55,325 nt of DNA. Source: an uncultured Spirochaetales bacterium (GTDB taxonomy: Bacteria; Spirochaetota; Spirochaetia; DTKZ01). Under the pieces are notes generated by a model, which was not told the origin of the DNA, did no database searches, and was given only the letters and a program-made list of their open reading frames with translations. The stretch spans positions 1 through 55,325 of the forward strand of contig CALKLC010000146.1 of NCBI GenBank assembly GCA_937991975.1. Direction: 5' to 3'. Positions 1 to 7,625 of the stretch are shown in pieces. Positions within the stretch are counted from its first letter, which is position 1. Every line of letters starts with the position of its first letter. Both the position numbers and the translations under genes were made by a program.

Positions 1-15
1 TGCGCCGATTTCTCC

Positions 16-582
16 TTACAATTTCAACAGGCTCTTCAAGATCTCGGCTACCACCGGATTCATCAGGGTAAGGGCCAGCACCATCAGTACGATCAGATAC
101 TTCAGGGTAAGGTTCAACCGGTCTAACTTTCCGAGAAGCTCGGCCTTGGTTTCGTTTATGACTCCGTACAGCTCAGCCTTGGTTTCGTTTAATACTCCAT
201 ACAGTTCGGTTTTATTCTGCTGGATGATGCCCAATAGCTCAGCCTTGGTTTCGTTTAATACTCCGTACAGTTCGGCTTTGTTCTGCTGGATGGTTCCCAA
301 TAGCTCGGCCTTATCCCGTTCCTGTTTTCCTATCAATTCAGCAATGCGAGCTTCCAGATCCTTTTTTAGAACTTCCAGATCTCGTTTCAGAACTTCTAGA
401 TCCGCTTTTGTCGCTACGTCCTTCAGCAGCTCCTCTTTCAGTTCCGTCTTCGTGCGGTACCACTTGTCCTCTACCTGTGTATCAATTACCTGCTCCAGAG
501 ATTTGATCACGGTTTTCGCAGACTCCTTGCCGAATCCTTTCTCGAAAATCTCATATACTTCTATCGGCAATGTCACTGGCAT
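16..582 (-). CDS. DUF1640-like coiled-coil protein with C-terminal membrane anchor (tandem paralog 1, repeat-expanded)
   Basis: Part of ORF 16..663. The chosen ATG at 580-582 (MPVTLPIEVYEIFEKGFG) is preceded by AAGGAAGGG. Long coiled coil with KAELLG/KAELYG 11-residue repeats, then the hydrophobic tail LKYLIVLMVLALTLMNPVV. N- and C-terminal parts are nearly identical to 691..1071. Confidence 0.6.
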   Translation of the reverse strand: MPVTLPIEVYEIFEKGFGKESAKTVIKSLEQVIDTQVEDKWYRTKTELKEELLKDVATKADLEVLKRDLEVLKKDLEARIAELIGKQERDKAELLGTIQQNKAELYGVLNETKAELLGIIQQNKTELYGVLNETKAELYGVINETKAELLGKLDRLNLTLKYLIVLMVLALTLMNPVVAEILKSLLKL

Positions 583-690
583 ATACGCCCTTCCTTTTTC
601 TTCCCTCTCCCCTTCAATTGTACTCGCCCCTTCCTCAAAACCCCTGCAGCATGCTCCATCCAACCCCGCGAGCTATGCGCCGATTTCTCC

Positions 691-1071
691 TTACAATTTC
701 AACAGGCTCTTCAAAATCTCGGCTACCACCGGGTTCATCAGGGTAAGGGCCAGCACCATCAGTACGATCAGATACTTCAGGGTAAGGTTCAACCGGTCTA
801 ACTTTCCGAGAAGCTCAATTTTATCCCGTTCCTGTTTCCCTGCCAGCTCCCCTATTCGTGCTTCCAGATCTCGTTTCAGAACTTCTAGATCCGCTTTTGT
901 CGCTACGTCCTTCAGCAGCTCCTCTTTCAGTTCCGTCTTGGTGCGGTACCACTTGTCCTCTACCTGTGTATCAATTACCTGCTCCAGAGATTTGATCACG
1001 GTTTTCGCAGACTCCTTGCCGAATCCTTTCTCGAAAATCTCGTACACCTCAATCGGTAGAGTCACCGCCAT
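691..1071 (-). CDS. DUF1640-like coiled-coil protein with C-terminal membrane anchor (tandem paralog 2)
   Basis: Part of ORF 691..1122. ATG at 1069-1071 (MAVTLPIEVYEIFEKGFG) follows GGGTGAGG. Same N-terminus, ATKADLEVLKRDLE coiled coil and TM tail as 16..582, but without the 33-bp repeat expansion. Confidence 0.6.
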   Translation of the reverse strand: MAVTLPIEVYEIFEKGFGKESAKTVIKSLEQVIDTQVEDKWYRTKTELKEELLKDVATKADLEVLKRDLEARIGELAGKQERDKIELLGKLDRLNLTLKYLIVLMVLALTLMNPVVAEILKSLLKL

Positions 1072-1134
1072 CCTCACCCCCTCTTTATACTTCCTCTGTA
1101 AGCATACTACGGGAACTGACAAGGGGCAATACTT

Positions 1135-2691
1135 TCAGAAGTACCCCACACTGAGGCTGATCTTTGCTCCCAGGGAGAGTTTCCGGTACCGGGGATCAAT
1201 CCCGCTGAACTCAGAGGCGATTACCGAGGCCGAAGTGCCCCAGTAGATCGGCAGGGCCAGTGCGATGCTACCATGGGGGAAAGGATTGTTGATCTTGATG
1301 CCGGGTACAATGTAGCCCGAATGATCCCGCCAGGCATGGTTCCAGCGGATCCCGAAGTCCAGGTTGGGCAGGGGGAACCGTTTCCACAGAAAGTTGAGAG
1401 AGGTCTGGTGATCGGCAGGAGAACTCGATCCACTGCCCCCGCTGCTGGAGCCTCCTGCACTGCCCGTAACCAAAGGCCCCTCTGCAAAACGATCCCCAAT
1501 CCAGGGGAGATCTACCAACAGCCATTCGGGCAGTGTAACACGTACCCGATGCTCCCCGTAGAGCTGGATCTTCGGATCCCCCCACTCTTTGAAGAACCCG
1601 GATAGGGCCACGTACTCCCGCCGGGTAGTGAGCATGCTTTCGTGGAACAGATCCACACTCCAGAGGGTGGTCTTTGCCCCCACCACACCCCGGGGCGCGA
1701 ATCCACCATCCCTCCGTTTTTGGGAGGGGTACAGGGCTTCCAGCAGGAACTCTACTCCGCCCACCGGAAGGGTTAGCTGGGCTGCATAGCTCAGGTCTGC
1801 TGCACCCGGCTCGCTGGTATACCGCCAGGCGGGCTGGTCCATCACCACTGCAGTGAAGGCGGCTGTAGACACCGGCACGGTAAGCTTGAACGCGTACCCT
1901 CCTTCAGCGCCGCTTGTCAGGTTCGTGTCGCTGTAGATCCGACCGTTTCCCCAGGTAATTGCCTGCTTCCCGATCCGGAAAAAGTAACGATCCCACAGCA
2001 CATAGGTAAGGAACAGCTCACTGATCGACAATCCAAACCCAGGGTAGGAGGTTTCCACCGTGCCCTGCAGGCTGATGTCCCGGTCCGGCCTTGCCCGAAA
2101 GGTGAGGGAATTGGAAAACTCCGCATACCCGGAAAAATCCAGGTTCCTGTACAGGGAACGGAGGGTTTCCTGCACAGGCTTATCAAAGGGGGGAAGCTCT
2201 GTAAAGCCGGCAAGCCCTCCAATAGCAGTGGAAATACTCCCCGATACAGAAAGGGGCTCCCGTGTAAACTCTGCCAAGAGATCCGGAGGCGGGGCTTCCT
2301 TCACTTTCCGTTCCGTAGGGGCAGCCGAAGGAGGTTCCTCTGCCTCTTTTACGATCCCACTGCCTGTAGAGCCCCGAGTGGAGCTACTGTCCGCTGCACG
2401 GGGGATAGTAGCTCCTCCTGGTGCCTCTCCTGCGCCCGAAGGCCCCTCAATGGTTCCTGCCTCAGGGGAATCGAACAAGGCATCGATCTCTTCCAGGGAT
2501 TGGGCAGGAACCAGGATAGGCGTCCCGCAGAAAAGCAGCACACCCAGAAGGATCGAAAGAAGTCGGGCTGGCAGCGGTGCATTTAGGAGCGCTTTCAGGC
2601 GTCCTTTTAGACGCGCATTTAGGCGTGCCTTTAGGCGCCTTTTCAAGGGCTCTTTTAGACGCCCTTTCAGGGGCTGGTTAAAATCTTCCAC
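1135..2691 (-). CDS. Secreted or outer-membrane protein, possible beta-barrel; hypothetical
   Basis: 518-aa ORF. Basic RLK-repeat N-region followed by the hydrophobic stretch LLSILLGVLLFCGTPILVPAQS (signal peptide, possibly a relaxed lipobox). Gly/Ser-rich loops, alternating aromatic/hydrophilic strands and a C-terminal ...SLSVGYF with terminal Phe, as in many OMPs. The exact start is uncertain. Confidence 0.5.
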   Translation of the reverse strand: MEDFNQPLKGRLKEPLKRRLKARLNARLKGRLKALLNAPLPARLLSILLGVLLFCGTPILVPAQSLEEIDALFDSPEAGTIEGPSGAGEAPGGATIPRAADSSSTRGSTGSGIVKEAEEPPSAAPTERKVKEAPPPDLLAEFTREPLSVSGSISTAIGGLAGFTELPPFDKPVQETLRSLYRNLDFSGYAEFSNSLTFRARPDRDISLQGTVETSYPGFGLSISELFLTYVLWDRYFFRIGKQAITWGNGRIYSDTNLTSGAEGGYAFKLTVPVSTAAFTAVVMDQPAWRYTSEPGAADLSYAAQLTLPVGGVEFLLEALYPSQKRRDGGFAPRGVVGAKTTLWSVDLFHESMLTTRREYVALSGFFKEWGDPKIQLYGEHRVRVTLPEWLLVDLPWIGDRFAEGPLVTGSAGGSSSGGSGSSSPADHQTSLNFLWKRFPLPNLDFGIRWNHAWRDHSGYIVPGIKINNPFPHGSIALALPIYWGTSASVIASEFSGIDPRYRKLSLGAKISLSVGYF

Positions 2692-3355
2692 CCGTGTTTC
2701 CTGCCAGCGTGTTCCGCCTGTTTTCCAGAATATCCTGGCAAACCATACGCACCATATCCTCTGTTACAAAAAAAGGGCGGGTTGACTTAATCCGTTCCAG
2801 CCAGGAAAGGGGGAAGGACATAAGTCGTTCGATAAGCACATCTCGATTCAGCGTAGCCTTTCGATTGGCGATTTCCAGAACCTCTGCCCACTCGAAGGAT
2901 TGGTGCGTAGCGATGGCAAAGAGATCGAACACATCCTTCTCTTCGTCTCGATCTACAATCGCTGTTACTTTATTGGCCAGTATATTCATCGGGTTATCGA
3001 TTTTGTTCCCATCGATAAGATTACTTTTCCCGAAACGGAAGGAGGCGTCCTGGACAAAATCCACCTGCAGATGTCCTTGAAACCGGATACGGTGGAAGTT
3101 CTTACTCTGCACAACAGGAGAATACGCATATCCCCGAAAACCAAACTGATCCAGGATTTCCCGTATATACTCGGGAAATAGAGGATCCTGCGGTTCTGTA
3201 AAGAAATCCAGGTCTTCCGAACAGCGAAGGTGGTAATAGAACCGGTGCAGGGCGGTTCCTCCCGTAAGGTAGAAGGATGATTCAATGTTCCGCATGATTT
3301 CCAGAACTCGATCTTGAAGCTCGTACACGGATTTCGCATCTACCGTTTCTTCCAT
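2678..3355 (-). CDS. AbiEii/AbiGii-family nucleotidyltransferase toxin (type IV TA)
   Basis: 225 aa. The N-terminal FYLTGGTALHRFYYHLRCSEDLDFF pattern (G-G-T-A-L ... R-x-S-x-D-L-D-F) is typical of the DUF1814/AbiEii NTase fold. Overlaps the upstream small ORF by 16 nt. Confidence 0.7.
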   Translation of the reverse strand: MEETVDAKSVYELQDRVLEIMRNIESSFYLTGGTALHRFYYHLRCSEDLDFFTEPQDPLFPEYIREILDQFGFRGYAYSPVVQSKNFHRIRFQGHLQVDFVQDASFRFGKSNLIDGNKIDNPMNILANKVTAIVDRDEEKDVFDLFAIATHQSFEWAEVLEIANRKATLNRDVLIERLMSFPLSWLERIKSTRPFFVTEDMVRMVCQDILENRRNTLAGNTGGRF

Positions 3356-3681
3356 GCCAGCCTCGGAATGAAGTTTCGTTCTCCCAATAGACAGTTTCGT
3401 AACAGAAGGATCCGTTCCTGTATCCGCGCGTGTCGGGGGTTCGCTCTTTGACTCCCCATACCCTCTGAGAGGGAATGGAGAATCTCTCGGAGCTCCTCCT
3501 GCGGAAACAGCTTTAACAGGACGAGAGCAGGATCCGGATGATGGCGTACGATCCGATCCACCAATTTTTTCTTTTCACGAAAATCGCCACTTTTAAGGAT
3601 CCGCTCCAGATCCTCTACTCCCAGGCGATAATCCCAGTAGCAGTAGGTGATAATATCTTTCAGTAGCTCAGTGTTATCCAT
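3340..3681 (-). CDS. Putative cognate antitoxin or partner of the AbiEii-like toxin (small helical protein)
   Basis: Part of ORF 3340..3759. Start taken at ATG 3679-3681 (MDNTELLKDIITYCYWDY). 113 aa, overlapping the toxin start, a typical TA arrangement. Family assigned only by position and general resemblance to small partners found upstream of AbiEii-like genes. Confidence 0.45.
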   Translation of the reverse strand: MDNTELLKDIITYCYWDYRLGVEDLERILKSGDFREKKKLVDRIVRHHPDPALVLLKLFPQEELREILHSLSEGMGSQRANPRHARIQERILLLRNCLLGERNFIPRLAWKKR

Positions 3682-3700
3682 GGGGGTGTATTCCGTGTTT

Positions 3701-3720
3701 AGTGGTGCCAAAATTGTGGC
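3701..3720 (+). repeat. Conserved 20-mer AGTGGTGCCAAAATTGTGGC (copy 1 of 4)
   Basis: Exact 20-nt match to 12634..12653 and 27127..27146, and a 19/20 inverted match at 12774..12793. Contains the imperfect palindrome GCCAAAATTGTGGC. Lies 20 nt upstream of the ATG at 3681. Confidence 0.9.
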
Positions 3721-3762
3721 CGTCTGACATGCAATTACATATCCCATGGGCCACTGCATAGC

Positions 3763-4563
3763 TTAACGCCCGAGCTTTTCCAGGTACCCCTTGGAGTACA
3801 GGGTGTCGGGCTGGGGAGCGAGGGACGGCCGGGAGATGGTAATCCGGGTGGTTTCGTTCACGAACTTCCCTTCGATTTTACGGCCCCGCAGGTGATCCAC
3901 AATGTACACGGTAACAGGCACGAACCGGTTCGCGAACCGCTGGTAGGTAGGGATGGCGGTTGTGCGGAGAAGCTGGTTGGATAGGCTATAGTCTTCCTTC
4001 TTCCGTACCAGCAGGTCCTCCGTATCCACCCAGAGGATCGTACGGGGGAAGGTTACCTCGTCGCTCGTGGCCTGCATATCGAGGACTGTACAATCGAACT
4101 TGCCGAGCTTTTCCTGCCGGGTAGAGGTGATGCGGTAGTCAACGGCAAAACTGCTACGGGTAAAGTCGGAGTTCCGGGCATTGGAGTTCTGGAACCGGTC
4201 CTTCGCACTGGTAAAAGTGAACCGACGGTCAGCCGGGTCGTAGAACCAGAGGTTATTCCCGATTTTCAGGTATCCCTTGCCCTTGTCCTGCGGGGGAGAA
4301 AGGATCAAGATCAGGTACTTTTCCTCGGCGTCCCGACGGAAGATCACGAAGTTCGTCGTGGTTGTTCCTTCCCCCGGTTTTGTCTGCACCATCACGTATT
4401 CAGCGGAAAAATCCCCTTCCAGAAAGGATACCTGGGAATCGATCCGCTTCAGGAGTTCCACCCCGCTCAAGCTCACAGAAGGAGCCGCAGAAAGGGAAGA
4501 AACCGAAAACAAAAGATAGGCGGCCAACAGGAGAGGAAACAAGAGAAAATTCAGATGCCGCAT
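3763..4563 (-). CDS. LolA-like outer-membrane lipoprotein-sorting family protein
   Basis: Part of ORF 3763..4710. Start at ATG 4561-4563 (MRHLNFLLFPLLLAAYLLFSVSSLSA signal peptide). Body shows GKGYLKIGNNLWFYDPADRRF...NSDF, a pattern typical of the LolA_like family usually linked to FtsX-type permeases. Confidence 0.65.
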   Translation of the reverse strand: MRHLNFLLFPLLLAAYLLFSVSSLSAAPSVSLSGVELLKRIDSQVSFLEGDFSAEYVMVQTKPGEGTTTTNFVIFRRDAEEKYLILILSPPQDKGKGYLKIGNNLWFYDPADRRFTFTSAKDRFQNSNARNSDFTRSSFAVDYRITSTRQEKLGKFDCTVLDMQATSDEVTFPRTILWVDTEDLLVRKKEDYSLSNQLLRTTAIPTYQRFANRFVPVTVYIVDHLRGRKIEGKFVNETTRITISRPSLAPQPDTLYSKGYLEKLGR

Positions 4564-4728
4564 GGGTAGAATATGTATTTTACCACCTTTTAGCGCCGAA
4601 TTCCTACATGCCCCAGCAAGACAGGCGGCCCCGTGTAGCACGGAAAAGTCGAAGACGACCCGTTGCGCGGGAAAGATCTGTCTTTTATTCGCGAAGGTTT
4701 GTATGCTCATGTGTCGAGGCCGGGATGT

Positions 4729-5322
4729 TTAAAACCCAAAGACCTTCTCCAGCAATTTTACGAATGTCGGATTTGCAAAGGTTAGGGCAATCATGGCAAT
4801 GGCTAAGAATATGTTCAGTCTGAAATTAAGGCTCCGAAACTTTTCATCCATCTTTGTTTCCAGAAGAGAGAACTTTTCATCAACACTCTTGAACCGCTCC
4901 TCGATTTTTGTTTCAAGAACAGAAAACTTTTGCTCTACTACCTTGAAGCGTTCCTCCATCCTGGTTTCTAAGGCAATAAACTTCTGGTCTACTACCTTGA
5001 ACTGCTCTTCCATCTTCGTTTCTAAGGCAATAAATTTCTGGTCTACTACCTTGAACCGTTCGTCTATGCCCTTAAACCGCTCATCTATCTTGGAATCCAG
5101 AGCACTGAACTTTTCATTGGTAACCAGTTCGTTTTTTAAATCTTCCTTCAGTTCTATTTTTGTGTGCACCTTCTTTTCCGCGATTTCTTCAGAAGCTTTT
5201 TGCTGAATTTCCCGGATAACGGATTCTATGGCCCGGGCAAAGGTTTCCGCTTTTTCTTTCTGCCCAAAGGTCTCTTCGAGAAGATTATACAGGTCTCTCG
5301 GAAGGGTGTATTCCTGGATCAT
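4729..5322 (-). CDS. DUF1640-like coiled-coil protein with C-terminal membrane anchor (divergent third paralog)
   Basis: 197 aa. N-terminus LPRDLYNLLEETFGQKEKAETFARAIESV parallels LPIEVYEIFEKGFGKESAKTVIKSLEQV of the other two. Four 18-aa tandem repeats (FKVVDQKFIALETKMEEQ-like), then the TM tail LNIFLAIAMIALTFANPTFV. Confidence 0.6.
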   Translation of the reverse strand: MIQEYTLPRDLYNLLEETFGQKEKAETFARAIESVIREIQQKASEEIAEKKVHTKIELKEDLKNELVTNEKFSALDSKIDERFKGIDERFKVVDQKFIALETKMEEQFKVVDQKFIALETRMEERFKVVEQKFSVLETKIEERFKSVDEKFSLLETKMDEKFRSLNFRLNIFLAIAMIALTFANPTFVKLLEKVFGF

Positions 5323-5524
5323 ACTTTGAATATAGTACGCTTACCGAATAAAAGCAAACTACAAAAGCAAACTATAAAAACAAAGGGCCAGGGTCGTATG
5401 CGTCACGCCTGCCAGAAGGCCGCCTGTGGAGGACGCCTCCAGAAGGAAGGGGCAAAGAAGCCCTATCGGCCTTCCCGCATCGCCCTAAACAGAATACCTG
5501 GTTAGGGGGTACAGGGCGGGAAGC

Positions 5525-6868
5525 CTATCTTCCTTCCCGCATCGCCTCTACCGGCGGGACCGAGGCCGCCTGGGCAGTGGGTTTCGCCAGGGCAATCAGA
5601 ACGGCCAGAAGGCAAATGGAAAGGGTCTGCAGGAACGCGGGGAGAGAGGGAGAGGCCTGTAATCGTTTCCCGCGCAAAAAGATATCGAACCCTGCGAGGA
5701 TCGTAAAATCCACGGAAGAAAGGGCCCAGAGGAAGAGAATCGCCACCACCCCGCCTAACAGGACAGCCCCCAGGGTAAGGAACAACCCTTCCAGGAGAAA
5801 AAACCCCATCACCGAGGATCGTTTCATTCCAAGGGCTCGCAGGGTACCGATCTCTTTCCTCCGCTCGAATACCGTAAGACGATAGCTATTGGTAACCCCA
5901 AAGAACACCACCCCGGCCAAAATCCCCATCAGAACATAGGCGATGAAACGGACCGCATCCAGCAGTTCGTTCACCTGTTCCAGGTTCGCATCCAGCGTGG
6001 TGAGGGCATACTTCGTCCCCGACCATTCGGTAGTGTCCCGGTACCTCCAGAGGTCCTGCGTGCTGGAAAAAAGAGGGGTAAGGGGGAACCGGGACTCCAG
6101 GGCCGTTTGAAGGGCCCGTGCGATGGGTTCTACCCGTTGCGCATGGGGAAAGAACACGGCAATATCCGTGCACTGCCCTTCCGGGAACCGGACCAGGGTT
6201 CGCAACGCTTCGATATCCATGTAGGCAGTGTAATACCCAAAGAGGGAAGAATCCCTGAATATCCCTTCCAGCATCACCGTTGCGGTGTTGATCTGGCCGC
6301 TCAGGGTGGGAATGTAGAGAAGAAGATCGTCTCCCAGCCGGGCTTTCAGGAGCCTGGCCGTGGGCTCAGAGATGAGGATCCCTGGCCGTGCCCGGCCCTT
6401 TTCCTGCAAGGGCTTGTAACTGCCGGCTACAAAGGTAACCTGCTCGAACATGGGCGCTTCAGCGCGGAAATCCACCCCGTTCACGATTCGCTGACGGATG
6501 GAGTCGCCCGCAAAAAAGAGGGTAGTAGCTGTGTTCCGATAGTTGATCCGGGGGGATACAACTGTGTTTGGCGGCAGGTGTTCCCGCAGAGCCTGCATCA
6601 GGGGATCAGGATTCTCGATGAGGAGGGTGTACCGGTCTTTCAAGCCCCGTACTGTAATATCCCCCCCGTAATAGACTGAACCTTTCCGTTTCAGGTTGAA
6701 CACCAGGGTGTCGAAAAGGGAAGCCAGACTGAGGATCACAAAGGAGCTGAAGGCGACCAATGCCAGCAGCAGGAGGAATCGGTTTCCCCGCCGCCACAGG
6801 TTCCGGATGGAAAGACGAAGGGCAAGGGGAATCTGGAGCTTTTGCACCTTTCCCGTCACCCTATCCAT
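5525..6868 (-). CDS. ABC transporter permease, FtsX/MacB-like
   Basis: 447 aa. N-terminal TM, large extracytoplasmic domain, then the C-terminal FtsX-type three-TM bundle with ERRKEIGTLRALGMKRSSV. No ATPase gene is adjacent in this window. Confidence 0.75.
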   Translation of the reverse strand: MDRVTGKVQKLQIPLALRLSIRNLWRRGNRFLLLLALVAFSSFVILSLASLFDTLVFNLKRKGSVYYGGDITVRGLKDRYTLLIENPDPLMQALREHLPPNTVVSPRINYRNTATTLFFAGDSIRQRIVNGVDFRAEAPMFEQVTFVAGSYKPLQEKGRARPGILISEPTARLLKARLGDDLLLYIPTLSGQINTATVMLEGIFRDSSLFGYYTAYMDIEALRTLVRFPEGQCTDIAVFFPHAQRVEPIARALQTALESRFPLTPLFSSTQDLWRYRDTTEWSGTKYALTTLDANLEQVNELLDAVRFIAYVLMGILAGVVFFGVTNSYRLTVFERRKEIGTLRALGMKRSSVMGFFLLEGLFLTLGAVLLGGVVAILFLWALSSVDFTILAGFDIFLRGKRLQASPSLPAFLQTLSICLLAVLIALAKPTAQAASVPPVEAMREGR

Positions 6869-7129
6869 TTTTTCGTTCCTCCATCAACTCCATACTAGTT
6901 GTTGAGCCTCAACGCCGAGGCCGGCATCACTTTATCTATTTTTTATTGCCGACTCAATCGAGCTGCCCCAGCGATTCGAAGCGGGATTCAGCCTCTTTTC
7001 GGACACTCCTATAGAGATCCTCCAGCTGATCCCACTGCTCGAACAATGTATTCAGTTTCCAGCGCGTTGAGAATATCTAGAAAAGGACGTCCCTCCCCCT
7101 CCTTAGCCGATGGGCTTCTCTCATAGGTT

Positions 7130-7485
7130 CTATCTTCTGACTGATTCTGATCTATCAGGTTCGCCCATATCCAACCGTACCCCTGTCTGCCGGGCGATGC
7201 GGACAATAGGCCGAGTATCTTTCCTGTCTTCCGGTGATCCTTCAAGGTAGGCTACCACCAGATCGATCTTCCGCTCTCCCAGGCTCAGCTGCATGGATAT
7301 GACAGCATGCACTGCCTGGATATACCGTTCGGCTTCGGGGGCATTGGTTTCCACCAGAAGATCGATATCCCCCCTTTTTTCGTATCATCCGCACGGGAAC
7401 CGAACAGAAACCCCCGCTGGAGATCGGGAAACCATTTCCGCAGAGCGTCGAGTATCCTGTCTCGTTCTGTATCACTGATACGCAC
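7130..7485 (-). pseudogene. MNT-type (minimal) nucleotidyltransferase, frame-disrupted in an A6G6 run
   Basis: ORF 7285..7485 (GTG start, ...LFGSRADDTKKGG) and ORF 7130..7354 (ETNAPEAERYIQAVH...) are two halves. Reading in the -1 frame after AAAAAAGGGGGG (plus-strand 7369-7380) gives GS-x10-DIDLLVE, the canonical NTase motif. Confidence 0.6.
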
Positions 7486-7625
7486 TAGGGTGCCTGTTCT
7501 GCGGGTTTCTGTAAAAAGTGCAAGAAACGATCCAGATCTTCCCCAACCAATGGACGAACCTGCTCGAACTTTTTACGAAGAAACTCCAATCGATCCCAAT
7601 CGAGGATCTCAAGGCTGGGACTCAT
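7485..7625 (-). CDS. Small hypothetical ORF (46 aa) coupled to the MNT gene
   Basis: ATG at 7623-7625 (MSPSLEILDWDRLEFLRKKFEQ...). Its stop TAG overlaps the GTG of the MNT gene (TAGTG). No recognisable family, and it may be a fragment. Confidence 0.25.
   Translation of the reverse strand: MSPSLEILDWDRLEFLRKKFEQVRPLVGEDLDRFLHFLQKPAEQAP

Noticed and set aside
146-1246. 366-aa plus-strand ORF spanning both DUF1640-like genes
   Set aside because: It is antisense to two well-supported minus-strand genes. It is Ser/Phe/Arg-rich, repeats itself because the underlying DNA is duplicated, and has no recognisable motif. It is a shadow ORF.
3701-3720. Reading the 20-mer as a sigma-54 promoter (TGGTGCC-AAAA-TTGTG versus TGGCAC-N5-TTGC)
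   Set aside because: The -12 GC is replaced by GT and the -24 element also deviates. In two of the three plus-strand copies the implied transcript would run antisense into convergent genes. The reverse strand lacks a -12 element altogether.
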